NCBI GenBank assembly: GCA_951406725.2
Contig: OX597817.1
Location: 49,352,001 to 49,416,000, forward strand
DNA length: 64,000 nt
Reading direction: 5' to 3'
From: Octopus vulgaris
Lineage: Eukaryota
In this document: positions 39,557 to 52,148 of the stretch, in pieces
Position numbering within the stretch: the stretch's first letter is position 1
Layout of the letters: each line of letters opens with the position of its first letter
The notes under the pieces: model-generated
Database searches by the model: none
The model's input: the letters and a program-made list of their open reading frames with translations, nothing else
Told to the model about the DNA's origin: nothing
Translations under genes and position numbers: made by a program

Positions 39557-40020
39557 TGGTCCATATCAGTATTTCTCAGCAGTCTATTGCTCTCCTGGGA
39601 GACTTTATACAACGTCATGTTTACTCGGCTTTTATTTATCTACTAATTTACTATACATGTCATTTCGGAGCCTCTTCTTTATTATTCCGTACAGGATGTC
39701 ATTTTATCGTCGGCCCTAATGACATGACTAAACATTGTCCGTCATTTCAGATTATAATTTACGGAGAAATCACCTGGAAATTATTGAACAATGATTTTAC
39801 ATCTAAAGCACAATGACGCTTCAGTAGAACTTTCGAAGAAGGGATTTCTGTCTTTTTCCCTTTCGTCGAATTTGTAAGATATACCATCATAAAATAAATA
39901 AATCGAGGTGAGGCAGTTGGCGAAGGTATTGCAAAATTTCCAGTAAGGAAATATTCATTAGAAAGAATTGATTATTTGAAACGATAAATTGAAAATTGAA
40001 GTATTATTGTAAAGAGTTAT

Positions 40021-40232
40021 AAGGTGACTAGCTTGGAGAATCGTTAGCGCGCCAGATAAAATGCTTAGCGGTATTTCGTCTACCGCTACGTTCTGAGTTC
40101 AAATTCCGCCGAAGTCGACTTGGCCTTTCATCATTTCGGAGTCGATAAATTAAGTACCAGTTACGCACTGGGGTCGATATAATCGACTGCCCCCTCCCCC
40201 AAAATTTCAGACCTTTTGCCTAGAGTAGAAAA
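40021..40232 (+). mobile_element. SINE family B (second tail type)
   Basis: Family B match. Confidence 0.82.
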
Positions 40233-40591
40233 TATTACATAGCTACCGGTACACAACTCGAATATGATGGCTAAACAACAAATTTAATTGAATAGATTAG
40301 ATTTAGTCCACTAACAATTTTAGATTCTTTTGACAGTGCATATAGTCTTTAAATTGTACTAGAAATGCTGTAGCACTCATTCTTTCCACACGGCTTTTAG
40401 TGGTGTAAATAATGTGATACAACCTTAATTGAAAACGAAAACCGAGTAACCGTCTAAAATTTCTGTAAATTTACTTCTACCACTACGAAAATGATATTAC
40501 TCGACATCTATCGATTAAATATGAATATGCAGTAGAAATCTACTCCAGATCTTGTATTTCTCTCTTATCGGTAAAATAGATTTGAAGACGT

Positions 40592-40651
<60 letters not shown>

Positions 40652-40994
40652 CTTCCTCACAGCAATATAATTGCATATTTGGAAATACAAATGTGATACA
40701 GTAGGAACGTGTATTTAAATGTATTTCGGGCGTTGTCAAAATAAAGCTGTAATATTTTGTTTGAAATGTTACATGGCAAAGCAATAAACATTCTTTATAG
40801 TCTGAACCTTGGCTCTATACTGTAAAACTATCAATAATATATCTATACTCTTTCATTCTCTGTACCATGTCTTCAACCTCCTGACTATTTAAATGTTATG
40901 CGGCCGTTAACATTTACAGCAACAAGTTATAGTCAGAAAAACAAAATAATAGTTGATGGCGTTATCAACAATATTGTGTTATATTTCACTCCCT

Positions 40995-41066
<72 letters not shown>

Positions 41067-41470
41067 TTACAGGTATGTAAACAGATTTGGGTAATGTGAC
41101 TTTAAATGTAAATTTCTATAATTTCCGATGGGAATAATTATAAAATCGTTGCCAGATTTTAACAATCATAAGCAACATTTTCAGCTTGACAGATTTTGAA
41201 CATCCCAAGAGATTTGTTGTAATTTAAGAAGGAAAAGCAGAAAAACTTACGCTAGGGTTTTAGCTACCATCTCTACTACTACATATTTACAATAATACCG
41301 TAATCGTATGAGTTATTTACCTAACAGCAGATGCCTACACGTGAGGATTTAACATTGAGTTGACGGTGGCACGTCATCCGTCACATACAAGCCAAATCAG
41401 GACTAGCGTCAGATGAAGAAATCTTATTTGATAGTGAATATCATAGGGATGCTTTTTAACTAAAATAATG

Positions 41471-41900
41471 GGATCCATTCTGTTTGAACGGCAGTTTTTA
41501 ACATAATTTCTAGGTAACTAAAAGATTTAAAACTTCGTATACTGGTAGAATGTGTTTATAAAACCTCTTTTTCTCTTGGCTTTATTGAGAAAATTCTATA
41601 GTTTGTAAGATATTTGTTGTTTTTTTTCTTCTTCAATTTCTGCAATTTCAACCAATCAAATACGTCTATTGAGGTAAAAAACATTCTGTGCCGTATGAAT
41701 ATGTCCCTCGTTTAAGAAACAGATTGGGTTTATTTACATCTGTGAAGAAAAAAAGACACCCTTCCCCCCACCCCTAACCCTAACTAACCATAACCATAAA
41801 ACAGATTGAAATGCAATAGATCGATACTAGGGTTATAATTATGGGTGACAATTTCATATGACACCGCTAGAAAAAACTGCCGTTCAAACCGAAAAGATCC
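41471..41900. mobile_element. Non-autonomous DNA transposon (Merlin-like: GG termini, 8-bp TSD)
   Basis: TIRs GGATCCATTCTGTTTGAACGGCAGTTTTT / AAAAACTGCCGTTCAAACCGAAAAGATCC; perfect TSD AAATAATG; internal CCCTAA-like repeats at ~41772-41800. Confidence 0.85.
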
Positions 41901-42344
41901 AAATAATGTAATAATCATGTGCTGGCTATCATATTTAAGATATTCAAACCCAAAACAATTTTTAATCACTTCAAAAATAAATGTCTTTACTGTTAACGAA
42001 AACAAATTTCAAAAGGCTCAAGGGAGGAAACTCTCAATATTTCAATCGACCAGAAATATTAAATGAAGATATACGGATGGGGGGTTAAGTGAGTCAGATT
42101 TTTGACAGCCAAAGTAACAACTTTAGATATATTTTGGCCGTATTAGATTTCCTCTGCGAAGTGTAGCTCATTCATAGTTACCAAGGTATTAGAACGACAC
42201 ATCATACATACATACATACATACATACATACATACATACATACATACATACATACATGCATGCATGCATACATACATACATACATACATACATACATACA
42301 TACATACATACATACATACATACATACATACATACGTACGTACA

Positions 42345-42557
42345 TGATGGCCGTCCACTCGTGAGCGAGGAAGACCATTACTGACCTTTATGAAGATTGT
42401 GCGCTCTAGGACTAATATTTTGCATTAGCGGCTCCGTTGGTGGCTAATGAGCCCTGCTCTTGATAAGCACACACGACTGAAAACATTGTAAACCAGGCTT
42501 TCCCCATTCACTACACTAGCAGTGCGCTTTCGAGCAGCACGCTTAAGTTCTTCATGC
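42345..42557 (-). mobile_element. RTE/BovB-type LINE 3' fragment
   Basis: ELKRAARK..VFSRVCLSRAGLISHQRSR* resembles the degenerate C-terminal zinc finger C..C.R.C.SRIGL.SH.R. Confidence 0.75.
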
Positions 42558-42564
42558 ATAATAA

Positions 42565-43040
42565 ATACATACATACAAACATACATACGTTCATACAAAC
42601 ATACATACATACATACATACATATATACAAATATACTTATATACAAAACTACTTACATACAAACATACATACATACATACATACAAACATACATATATGC
42701 AAACTTACTTACATACAAACATACTTACATACAAACATACATACATACATACATACATACATACATACATACATACATACACACACATACATACAAACAT
42801 ACAAACATACTAACATACAAAAATACATACATACATACTTACATACAAACATACAAACATACATACATACATACATACAAACACATACACATACAAACAT
42901 ACATATATACATACAAATATACATACATACATACGTACATACATACATACGTACAAACATACATACATACGTACAAACATACATACAAACATACATACAA
43001 ATACAAATATGTATACACACACACACACGCACACATATAT
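42565..43040. repeat. Degenerate (TACA)n/(AACA) tetranucleotide array
   Basis: Directly visible. Confidence 0.92.
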
Positions 43041-43474
43041 ATCAAAGCATGAAGCTGGAACAAACTTTCAGTGTTATTTATTCGCCATTACATATATTTC
43101 ATTTGCTAATAGAAACGACAAAGTTGCAGGTATTGAATAAACATGTAAGAAATTTGCAATTAGAAATTCTTCAGGTAAAATCAAAATAGTAATGTCGCTA
43201 AATTTGCCAGAGATACCTTTCGCATGAAAAATAGATGAGAGCAGACTGCCATATTTAGTGTGGTGAGCCGACAATACTTTTCAATCAATTGATTTTATAA
43301 CCGTCATGAGATGAGATAGAAAAACTATTAGCATTAATGAAAATTCCTGTCGAAAGAGGCAAGGGAGAAAACTTTCAAAAAAGATATAGGATCGAATAAA
43401 TAACTAGAGAAATAGATAATTCCACTCGATATTTGGCTTTAGTTGGTTTATTTATTTTTATTTTTTTTATTTAT

Positions 43475-43767
43475 GCGCCCTTTTCAAGCCTAGCCAGGCT
43501 CATGGGCCCGGTTTCTGTGGATATGTGTTCTCCCTAGCTGAACGGGACGCCAGTCCATCGCAGCGTTACCCAAGAAACAGGAAGAAAGAGTGAGAGAAAG
43601 TTGGGGCGAAAGAGTACAACAGAGGTTGCTACCATCTCCTGCCGGAGCCTCGTGGAGCTTTAGGTGTTTTTGTTCAATAAACACACACAACGCCCGGTCT
43701 AGGAATCGAAACCGTGATCCTCCAACCGCGAGTCCGCTGCCCTAACCACCGGGTATTGCACCTCCAC
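43475..43767 (-). mobile_element. SINE family C2
   Basis: Homologous to 35371-35675. Confidence 0.85.
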
Positions 43768-44245
43768 TTTTGTTGGTACTGGGAGAATAATTCCACGAGA
43801 CGGTAGTAAGGACATGACTCGGTCACTGGGAGAATACTTGTAAAAATAAACACATTGATGAAACATGGCAAGTATCAGACCTCCCACCAGCGGAAAAAAA
43901 ATATTTTATACGTTCACTTTAATAATTCCTCTGATAACAGTCTACTGACTGCAGGTGGACTAGTCGAATCACGTTAAACATGGACTTGTTCAATCATGTT
44001 AAACGTGGCCTAGTTTACGTTGACCAAGGGGGCAAGACAACGCATCTATTTCTGCTGGTTCGCAAGCTCTCCAACTAGAATACAAGTTCCTTAATAGATA
44101 CAGTATCAGATTATCGAACGGCTTCTCTGCTGCTTTGTCGTAGGGAGTCTGATATGGTAAGGTCAGATTTTAGGAAGATTTCATTGTAATCTCTCGCAGG
44201 TCGGGTAACCATGTAAACGTTCCGTTATTAACTCATCTCATTCAA

Positions 44246-44814
44246 AGGTGGCGAGCTGGCAGAAACGTTAGCACGCCGCGCGAAATGCTTACTTAGCAGT
44301 ATTTCATCTGCCGCTACGTTCTGAGTTCAAATTCCGCCGAGGTTGACTATGTCTTTCATCCTATCGGGGTTGATAAATTAAGTACCAGTTATGCACTGAT
44401 GTCGATGTAATCGACTTAATCGGTTTGTCTGTCCTTGTTTGTCCTCTCTGTGTTTAGCCCCTTGTGGGTAGTAAAGAAATGGGTATTTCGTCTGTCTTTA
44501 CGTTCTGAGTTCAAATTCCGCTGAGGTCGACTTTGCCTTTCATCCTTTCGGGGTCGAGTAAATAAGTACCAGTTACGCGAGGACAAACAAGGACAGACAA
44601 ACGGATTAAGTCAATTATATCGACCCCAGTGGTAATTATTTAATTAAGTCGATTATATCGACCCCAGTGCGTAACTGGTACTTATTTAATCGACCCCGAA
44701 AGGATGAAATGCAAAGTTAACCTCGGCGGAATTTGAACTCAGAACGTAGCGGCAGACGAAATACGGCTACGCATTTCGCCTGGCGTGCTAACGTTTCTGC
44801 CAGCTCGCCGCCTT
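44246..44814. mobile_element. SINE B cluster: plus full copy, plus partial copy, then an abutting minus copy (inverted pair)
   Basis: Plus 44246-44480, plus 44482-44578, minus 44579-44814. Confidence 0.85.
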
Positions 44815-45599
44815 AATTCTAAACTTATTCAGTATGTATCATAATTGACAAGCTGACGTAAAAGTGTAAAAGTCGGAATTGTTCTGGTGAAAGACGAAAC
44901 CTTCTTTAAAACCGTCACTGTTTCACGAAGTGCATAATAATTAGTGGGAACCATAAATTTTCAGTTAAGCCCCTCAAACAGTTCCAACGCAACGAAGTCT
45001 ACCGAAATGAAGTGGGATTTTTTTAATATAAAATCAGAGGAATTAAAATTCAAATGTTAAGTTTGAGATATAATTTAAACCTGGTTGCAGTTTTAAAACA
45101 ACAAAACTTACCGAATTATAAAATATTTTTTCCTCCAAAGTCTTGTATTACGCTATGTTCATAGTATATATCGTGACTTAAGTTAGGCCTAGCCTAATGA
45201 AGCTACTTGGGACCACTCCTACTCCCTCGGTGCACCTAAGTCTTTAACCCTCGTTACCCATGATATCAGTCCTCTGACATTCCTCCCTAACCTGAAATTT
45301 CTTTAATTTCTTTGCACTGAAGAACAACCTTCACTAGTATTAAAATTAGGACTTAAATTCTTAAATATGTTTACTAACCATGAACAATGAGTTTAAATTT
45401 TAATCCAATGGGAGTCTTACTTCGTGCCCAGTAATTAATTATATAAAGCTTATTTTTTAAAAATTTATATCCACATGATTTGAAAAAGGTGTTCAAGTTG
45501 GTTCCACCGTTCGCACATGAATCATAAAAGAGCCATAATTCATCAAAATGAGATTTGGCGACTCCTACTCAGCTGTTTACTTGGAATCATAACACTCAA

Positions 45600-45995
45600 A
45601 GGCGGCGAGCTGGCAGAATCGTTAGCATGCCGGGCAAAATGCTTAGCAGTATTTCGTCTGCCGTTACTTTCTGAGTTCAAATTCTGCCGAGGTTGACTTT
45701 GCCTTTCATCCTTTCGGGGTCGATAAATTAAGTAGCAGTAACGCACTGGGGTCGATATAATCGACTTAATCCGTCTATCTGTCCTTGTTTGTCTTCTCTG
45801 TGTTTAGCCCCTTGTGGGTAGTAAAGAAATAGGTATTTCGTCAGTCCTTACGTTCTGAGTTCAAATTCCGTCGAGGTCGACTTTGCCTTTCATCCTCTCG
45901 GAGTCGATAAATTAAGTACCAGTTGCGTACCGAGGTCGATCTAATCGACTGGCCTCCTCCCCCAAAATTTCGGGCCTTGTGCCTAGAGTAGAAAA
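45600..45995 (+). mobile_element. SINE B tandem (tail type 1 followed by tail type 2)
   Basis: Flanks GGAATCATAACACTCAAA / GGAACCGTAATACTCAAA form a diverged TSD. Confidence 0.85.
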
Positions 45996-46248
45996 GGAAC
46001 CGTAATACTCAAAAATGTAATGTGCTTTTTTTGTCTCTCTCCATTAGGCGTTAGTATGCCTGTGGTGGTTAAGAAGCTCACTTTGTAACCACGTAGTTTC
46101 TGGTTCAGTTCCTTTGATTGTCATATAGGGCAAGTGTCTTCTGTTATAGCTCCGAACCAAACAAAACCTTATGAATGGATTTGGTAGACGGAAATTGTAT
46201 GAAGGCCCGTCGTATATGTATGTTGATATATATATAAGTATATATCTT

Positions 46249-46293
<45 letters not shown>

Positions 46294-46852
46294 TCTTTTC
46301 TACTCTAGGTACAAGGCCCACATACGCCACAGAAACCGGGAAACCGGGCCCATGAGCCTGGCTAGGCTTGAAAAGGGCGACGTTTCTTTTTATCTATCCT
46401 CCCTTTACGAGGTCTCCAAAACTAGTGGAAGAGAGTGAAGGAAGTATTCACTAGTGTAGAGCTGTGCTGAGTGGTTGCTACAGAATGGGCTTCGCTCAAG
46501 ACGACCTTGTTGCCAGGTGGTGTAAACAGGAAGCGCAATGAAGTCTAAGAAACAAATATACTATGGTGAGATTTGAACTTCGAATATAAAGAGCCGGAAC
46601 AATACGGTATAACATACGGTGAGATGTTCTTGCTCCTTCGCGAACCCGCTGCCCGAGATGGGTATTTTTTCCATGGATCCAAAAAGAATGAAAAACAAAG
46701 TGGACCCCGTTGTGATGTGATCTCAGAGTGCAGACGGCAAATACTGCCAAGTTGGAGAAAATCCAATTTCATTGGGTGTGCTTATTGCGGAAATCTGCCA
46801 ACATTACCCGGCAAGTACTGGATACTTAGCTAGGATATCTATCAATCAATCA

Positions 46853-46950
<98 letters not shown>

Positions 46951-46979
46951 TTTATGTGAAATCATGTGTTGAAACAGAT

Positions 46980-47069
46980 ATTGTTGTATTTCGGAATGGT
47001 CATTTTGCCAGTTTAGTGCGTGTGTTTTTATTGGCTAAACTGGCAAAATGACCATTCCGAAATACAACA

Positions 47070-47071
<2 letters not shown>
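46980..47071. repeat. Perfect 37-bp-arm inverted repeat between (CTAT)n and (TA)n
   Basis: ATTGTTGTATTTCGGAATGGTCATTTTGCCAGTTTAG at 46980-47016 and its reverse complement at 47035-47071. Confidence 0.85.
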
Positions 47072-47127
<56 letters not shown>

Positions 47128-47128
<1 letters not shown>

Positions 47129-47518
47129 TTTACTTGTTTCAGTCATTTGTGTGCGGCCATGCTGGAACACCGCCTTAAAGCGTTTTAGTCGAAGAAATCG
47201 ACTCCATGACTTATTCTTTGTAATCCTAGTACTTATTAAGTTTTTTGCCAAACCGCTAAGTTGCGGGGATATAAACACACCAGCATCGGTTGTCAAACGA
47301 TGGCATGGGGTGGGGTGGACAAAAACAGACACACATAAATATATAAATATATATACGACGGGCTTCTTTCAGCTTCCGTCTGCTAAATCCACTCACAAAG
47401 CTTAGGTCGGCCCGAGGCTATAGCAGAAGATTCTTACCTAAGGTGCCACGCAGTGGGACTGAACCTGGAACCATGTAGTTGAGAAGCAAGCTACTTACCA
47501 CACAGCCACTCCTGCGCC
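47128..47518 (-). mobile_element. SINE family A
   Basis: Reverse-complement family A. Confidence 0.88.
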
Positions 47519-47883
47519 CATCATGTTATAGTATATTTAAAGATTCTGTTAAATGATGGTAAATGGTCTGAAATTTTGGGGGCAGGATGTAATTGATTAG
47601 GTCGACCCCAGTACTTGGCTGGTCCTTATTTTATCGACCGCCTCACACCGCAGACTGAACCCATTGGGCCATTGCGCCTCCTTATTATAAACATATACAT
47701 GCATACATATATGTGTGTGTGTATGTGTGTGTGTGTGTGTCCGTGCATGCATACAAATACGCATGCAATAACAAACATCGTTTGTTTGGGTGATCGAGTG
47801 TGTATGTGTTCGTGTGTATATATATGTGTTTCTTCTGCTTCTTATATTATTTCAGTTTCATCTAAGATGTACTATTGACTAGT

Positions 47884-48260
47884 GTGGGGGCGAAATGACC
47901 CAGTGGTTTGGGCAGCGGATTTGCGATCGTTGAACAGCGGTTTCGATTCCCAGAGCGGGCGTTGTGAGTGTTTATTCAGCGAAAACACCACGAGACTCCG
48001 GCAGTGGGTAGTGGCGAACCCTGCTGTACTCTTTCTTTCACCCCAACTTTCTCTCACTCTTTTTTCCTGTTTCTGTTGTACCTGTGTTTCAAAGGGCCAG
48101 CCGTGTAACACTCAGCGTCACGCTGAATCTCCCCGAGAACGACGTTAAGGGTGCACATGTCTGTGGAGTTCTCAGTCACTTGCACGTTAATTTCACGAAC
48201 AGGCTGTTCCGTTGATCGGTTACGACGACGAGGGTTCCAGTTGATCCGACGGAGTGCCAC
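47884..48260 (+). mobile_element. SINE family C3 (C2 head and body with a different long tail)
   Basis: Homologous to 54764-55113; ends ..GAGTGCCAC. Confidence 0.8.
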
Positions 48261-49087
48261 GATTATTGACTAGTCCTTTGTTTTATATACAGGAAGAATA
48301 AATAGCAAAGTAAATCTCAACAAGATTTGAACCCAAAATTTAATTAAATCGCCATAAAGACACTTTTTCTGTTTGTTTTTTGTTTTACAACGCAAAGGTA
48401 AAAAGAAGAAATAGAAAAACAATATCAAAAGATATACAAAAGTAACAAAAGTGAACTTTAAAACCCTAAGATAATAAAGATACGTTTGATAAATAGGGTC
48501 TGTTGCTGAAAGCGTTGAAATTACCCAGAAGTTCTGAAAACGTGAAACAGTGAGATGATTAGAAGGAGGATATAATGAACGTAAGCACGTAGAACTAAGA
48601 TTAGGAAACTGTTTTAATTGGTGCTACCAGTGTGTTTAACATTAGCCATTTACAACCACAAATTTGTCACACGATCAAACATCGGTTGTATACGTACACT
48701 GATATACGCATGCGCACATAAATACACGCAACACACGCACGTATAAACGTACATAAAGTTATCCTTATATCTTTTAAAAACATGACTGCGTGTGTGTGGT
48801 GTGAACACGCGTGATTATACGGATGTACGAGAGTCTGTGTAAACATACATGTATATATGTTATCGGTGAGAGTGCGTCTGTGCGTGTGTTTGTTCGTAGA
48901 CATTTGAGTATGAACATGTATGTTCATACACAATTATGTATATGTACAAATGCATGTGTATATACATATAAATATATGCATAAATATATATATTCACACA
49001 TTGGTGTATATATATGTTTGTGTATGCATGTAAGTATGTATGTATGTATGTATGTATGTATGTATGTATGTATGTATGTATACACAC

Positions 49088-49132
<45 letters not shown>

Positions 49133-49136
<4 letters not shown>

Positions 49137-51887
49137 GGTATGTAGAAAAATACAACATGGACAAGAACGTATAACTCTTAGAAGACGACACAATAAACAC
49201 GGACAGGACATTCGAAACCCTCAGTCTTCAGTCAAGAACCGGATCATCGTAGTAATTTCGGCTGATTAATCTTGAGATTACTAGATCACGGCCAGCCCTC
49301 CAAGAAAAACCAAGCAACGAGCATTAGAAAAACTAAGCTGGAAGCGTAGATTTCCTGGAAGAAGGATCGAATGCATACGAACACCAGGACAGCAAAAGGG
49401 ACAGATATAAAAAAAAAAAACAAAAAACAATAATGGAATACAGAAACATGAAATACAGAAGCATAAACGGTGAAAACAACAGTGTCTTACGACTGATAAC
49501 AAGCAAACAAATTTTTTCTCTGGCGCAATGGAAAAAGCCTTTATAGTGGCGGACGAAAACAGCGATGTTAACAGAACGAGGGTCAGAGGCTGAAAGGCAG
49601 ATTTCGGCCAACAGTCACGTGACAGAGAAGAGGGAAAAGAAAAGAAAGAGAAGCAAAGGAAGAGAGAGAGAGAGGAGGGACAAACGCAACAAAGAGAGAG
49701 AAGAGAGAGAAAGAAGGAATCAGAGAGGAGAAGGGATGGGTGTCGAAGAATGACCTGTGAGTGCAGAGCGAGACAAAGAAATAGGAGGGTAGTGGAAGAC
49801 TAGACCAAAGAATCAGAGGAAAGAGAAGAGAAAAAGAGGATGAGTAGAGAGAAAAGAGAGAGAGGGGGACAGATCAAGTAAAAAAGAGAGAGAGAGAGAG
49901 ACAAACAGAGAGTCGTACCAATTATTAAGAATATGTGCTCACATAAATGTTAAGGGGGGTACGGGGCGCCTGGAATATATGTTAAGGTATGTAGAAAAAT
50001 ACAACATGGACAAGAACGTATAACTCTTAGAAGACGACACAATAAACACGGACAGGACATTCGAAACCCTCAGTCTTCAGTCAAGAACCGGATCATCGTA
50101 GTAATTTCGGCTGATTAATCTTGAGATTACTAGATCACGGCCAGCCCTCCAAGAAAAACCAAGCAACGAGCATTAGAAAAACTAAGCTGGAAGCGTAGAT
50201 TTCCTGGAAGAAGGATCGAATGCATACGAACACCAGGACAGCAAAAGGGACAGATATAAAAAAAAAAAACAAAAAACAATAATGGAATACAGAAACATGA
50301 AATACAGAAGCATAAACGGTGAAAACAACAGTGTCTTACGACTGATAACAAGCAAACAAATTTTTTCTCTGGCGCAATGGAAAAAGCCTTTATAGTGGCG
50401 GACGAAAACAGCGATGTTAACAGAACGAGGGTCAGAGGCTGAAAGGCAGATTTCGGCCAACAGTCACGTGACAGAGAAGAGGGAAAAGAAAAGAAAGAGA
50501 AGCAAAGGAAGAGAGAGAGAGAGGAGGGACAAACGCAACAAAGAGAGAGAAGAGAGAGAAAGAAGGAATCAGAGAGGAGAAGGGATGGGTGTCGAAGAAT
50601 GACCTGTGAGTGCAGAGCGAGACAAAGAAATAGGAGGGTAGTGGAAGACTAGACCAAAGAATCAGAGGAAAGAGAAGAGAAAAAGAGGATGAGTAGAGAG
50701 AAAAGAGAGAGAGGGGGACAGATCAAGTAAAAAAGAGAGAGAGAGAGAGACAAACAGAGAGTCGTACCAATTATTAAGAATATGTGCTCACATAAATGTT
50801 AAGGGGGGTACGGGGCGCCTGGAATATATGTTAAGGTATGTAGAAAAATACAACATGGACAAGAACGTATAACTCTTAGAAGACGACACAATAAACACGG
50901 ACAGGACATTCGAAACCCTCAGTCTTCAGTCAAGAACCGGATCATCGTAGTAATTTCGGCTGATTAATCTTGAGATTACTAGATCACGGCCAGCCCTCCA
51001 AGAAAAACCAAGCAACGAGCATTAGAAAAACTAAGCTGGAAGCGTAGATTTCCTGGAAGAAGGATCGAATGCATACGAACACCAGGACAGCAAAAGGGAC
51101 AGATATAAAAAAAAAAAAAAAAAAACAATAATGGAATACAGAAACATGAAATACAGAAGCATAAACGGTGAAAACAACAGTGTCTTACGACTGATAACAA
51201 GCAAACAAATTTTTTCTCTGGCGCAATGGAAAAAGCCTTTATAGTGGCGGACGAAAACAGCGATGTTAACAGAACGAGGGTCAGAGGCTGAAAGGCAGAT
51301 TTCGGCCAACAGTCACGTGACAGAGAAGAGGGAAAAGAAAAGAAAGAGAAGCAAAGGAAGAGAGAGAGAGAGGAGGGACAAACGCAACAAAGAGAGAGAA
51401 GAGAGAGAAAGAAGGAATCAGAGAGGAGAAGGGATGGGTGTCGAAGAATGACCTGTGAGTGCAGAGCGAGACAAAGAAATAGGAGGGTAGTGGAAGACTA
51501 GACCAAAGAATCAGAGGAAAGAGAAGAGAAAAAGAGGATGAGTAGAGAGAAAAGAGAGAGAGGGGGACAGATCAAGTAAAAATGAGAGAGAGAGAGAGAC
51601 AAACAGAGAGTCGTACCAATTATTAAGAATATGTGCTCACATAAATGTTAAGGGGGGTACGGGGCGCCTGGAATATATGTTAAGGTATGTAGAAAAATAC
51701 AACATGGACAAGAACGTATAACTCTTAGAAGACGACACAATAAACACGGACAGGACATTCGAAACCCTCAGTCTTCAGTCAAGAACCGGATCATCGTAGT
51801 AATTTCGGCTGATTAATCTTGAGATTACTAGATCACGGCCAGCCCTCCAAGAAAAACCAAGCAACGAGCATTAGAAAAACTAAGCTG

Positions 51888-51890
<3 letters not shown>
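49133..51890 (-). mobile_element. 3.25 x 849-bp tandem array, non-coding, PLE/retrozyme-like, inserted in (TA)n
   Basis: Unit starts at 49133, 49982, 50831 and 51680; the last unit is 211 bp; only ~2 substitutions seen between units; (TA)n on both sides. Confidence 0.8.
49221..49297 (-). ncRNA. Candidate permuted/pseudoknotted hammerhead-like RNA (also at 50070-50146, 50919-50995, 51768-51844)
   Basis: Minus: ggctgg..tagtaaT-C-tcaaga-ttaa-tcagcc-GAAA-ttacta..tcttga-CTGAAGA-ctga. Confidence 0.45.
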
Positions 51891-51944
<54 letters not shown>

Positions 51945-52148
51945 CATATTTATTTCTTTTTTTCAATCCGGAGCAAATAATTCAAGAGAAGATATTTGCC
52001 AAGACATTATTGACTGCTAGCATCTAGTGTAACAATAAAAAATGAGTTTTGACTATTATTTCCAGCAGGTAGACATACTTAGTATGTCTTTTTGTGTGTG
52101 TGTGTGTGTACATATATATCCGTATACACACTTAAACGTATATATGTA

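Noticed and set aside
41772-41800. Telomere or chromosome-fusion scar
   Set aside because: Only about 5 degenerate units, located inside a TIR/TSD-bounded transposon
46573-46833. 86-aa ORF with a C..C motif as a possible exon
   Set aside because: It overlaps a decayed minus-strand SINE B remnant (~46675-46752) and has no convincing splice sites or homology
49250-49297. HDV-like ribozyme reading of the array motif (GGCUGGC..CGAA)
   Set aside because: P1- and P2-like pairings exist, but no P3/L3, P1.1 or P4 can be formed
49281-51451. Repeated 62-92 aa ORFs in the 849-bp units
   Set aside because: Short, low-complexity and without RT, endonuclease or other motifs
49133-51890. CRISPR array or other prokaryotic system
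   Set aside because: Units are identical long repeats with no unique spacers and no cas genes; the context is eukaryotic
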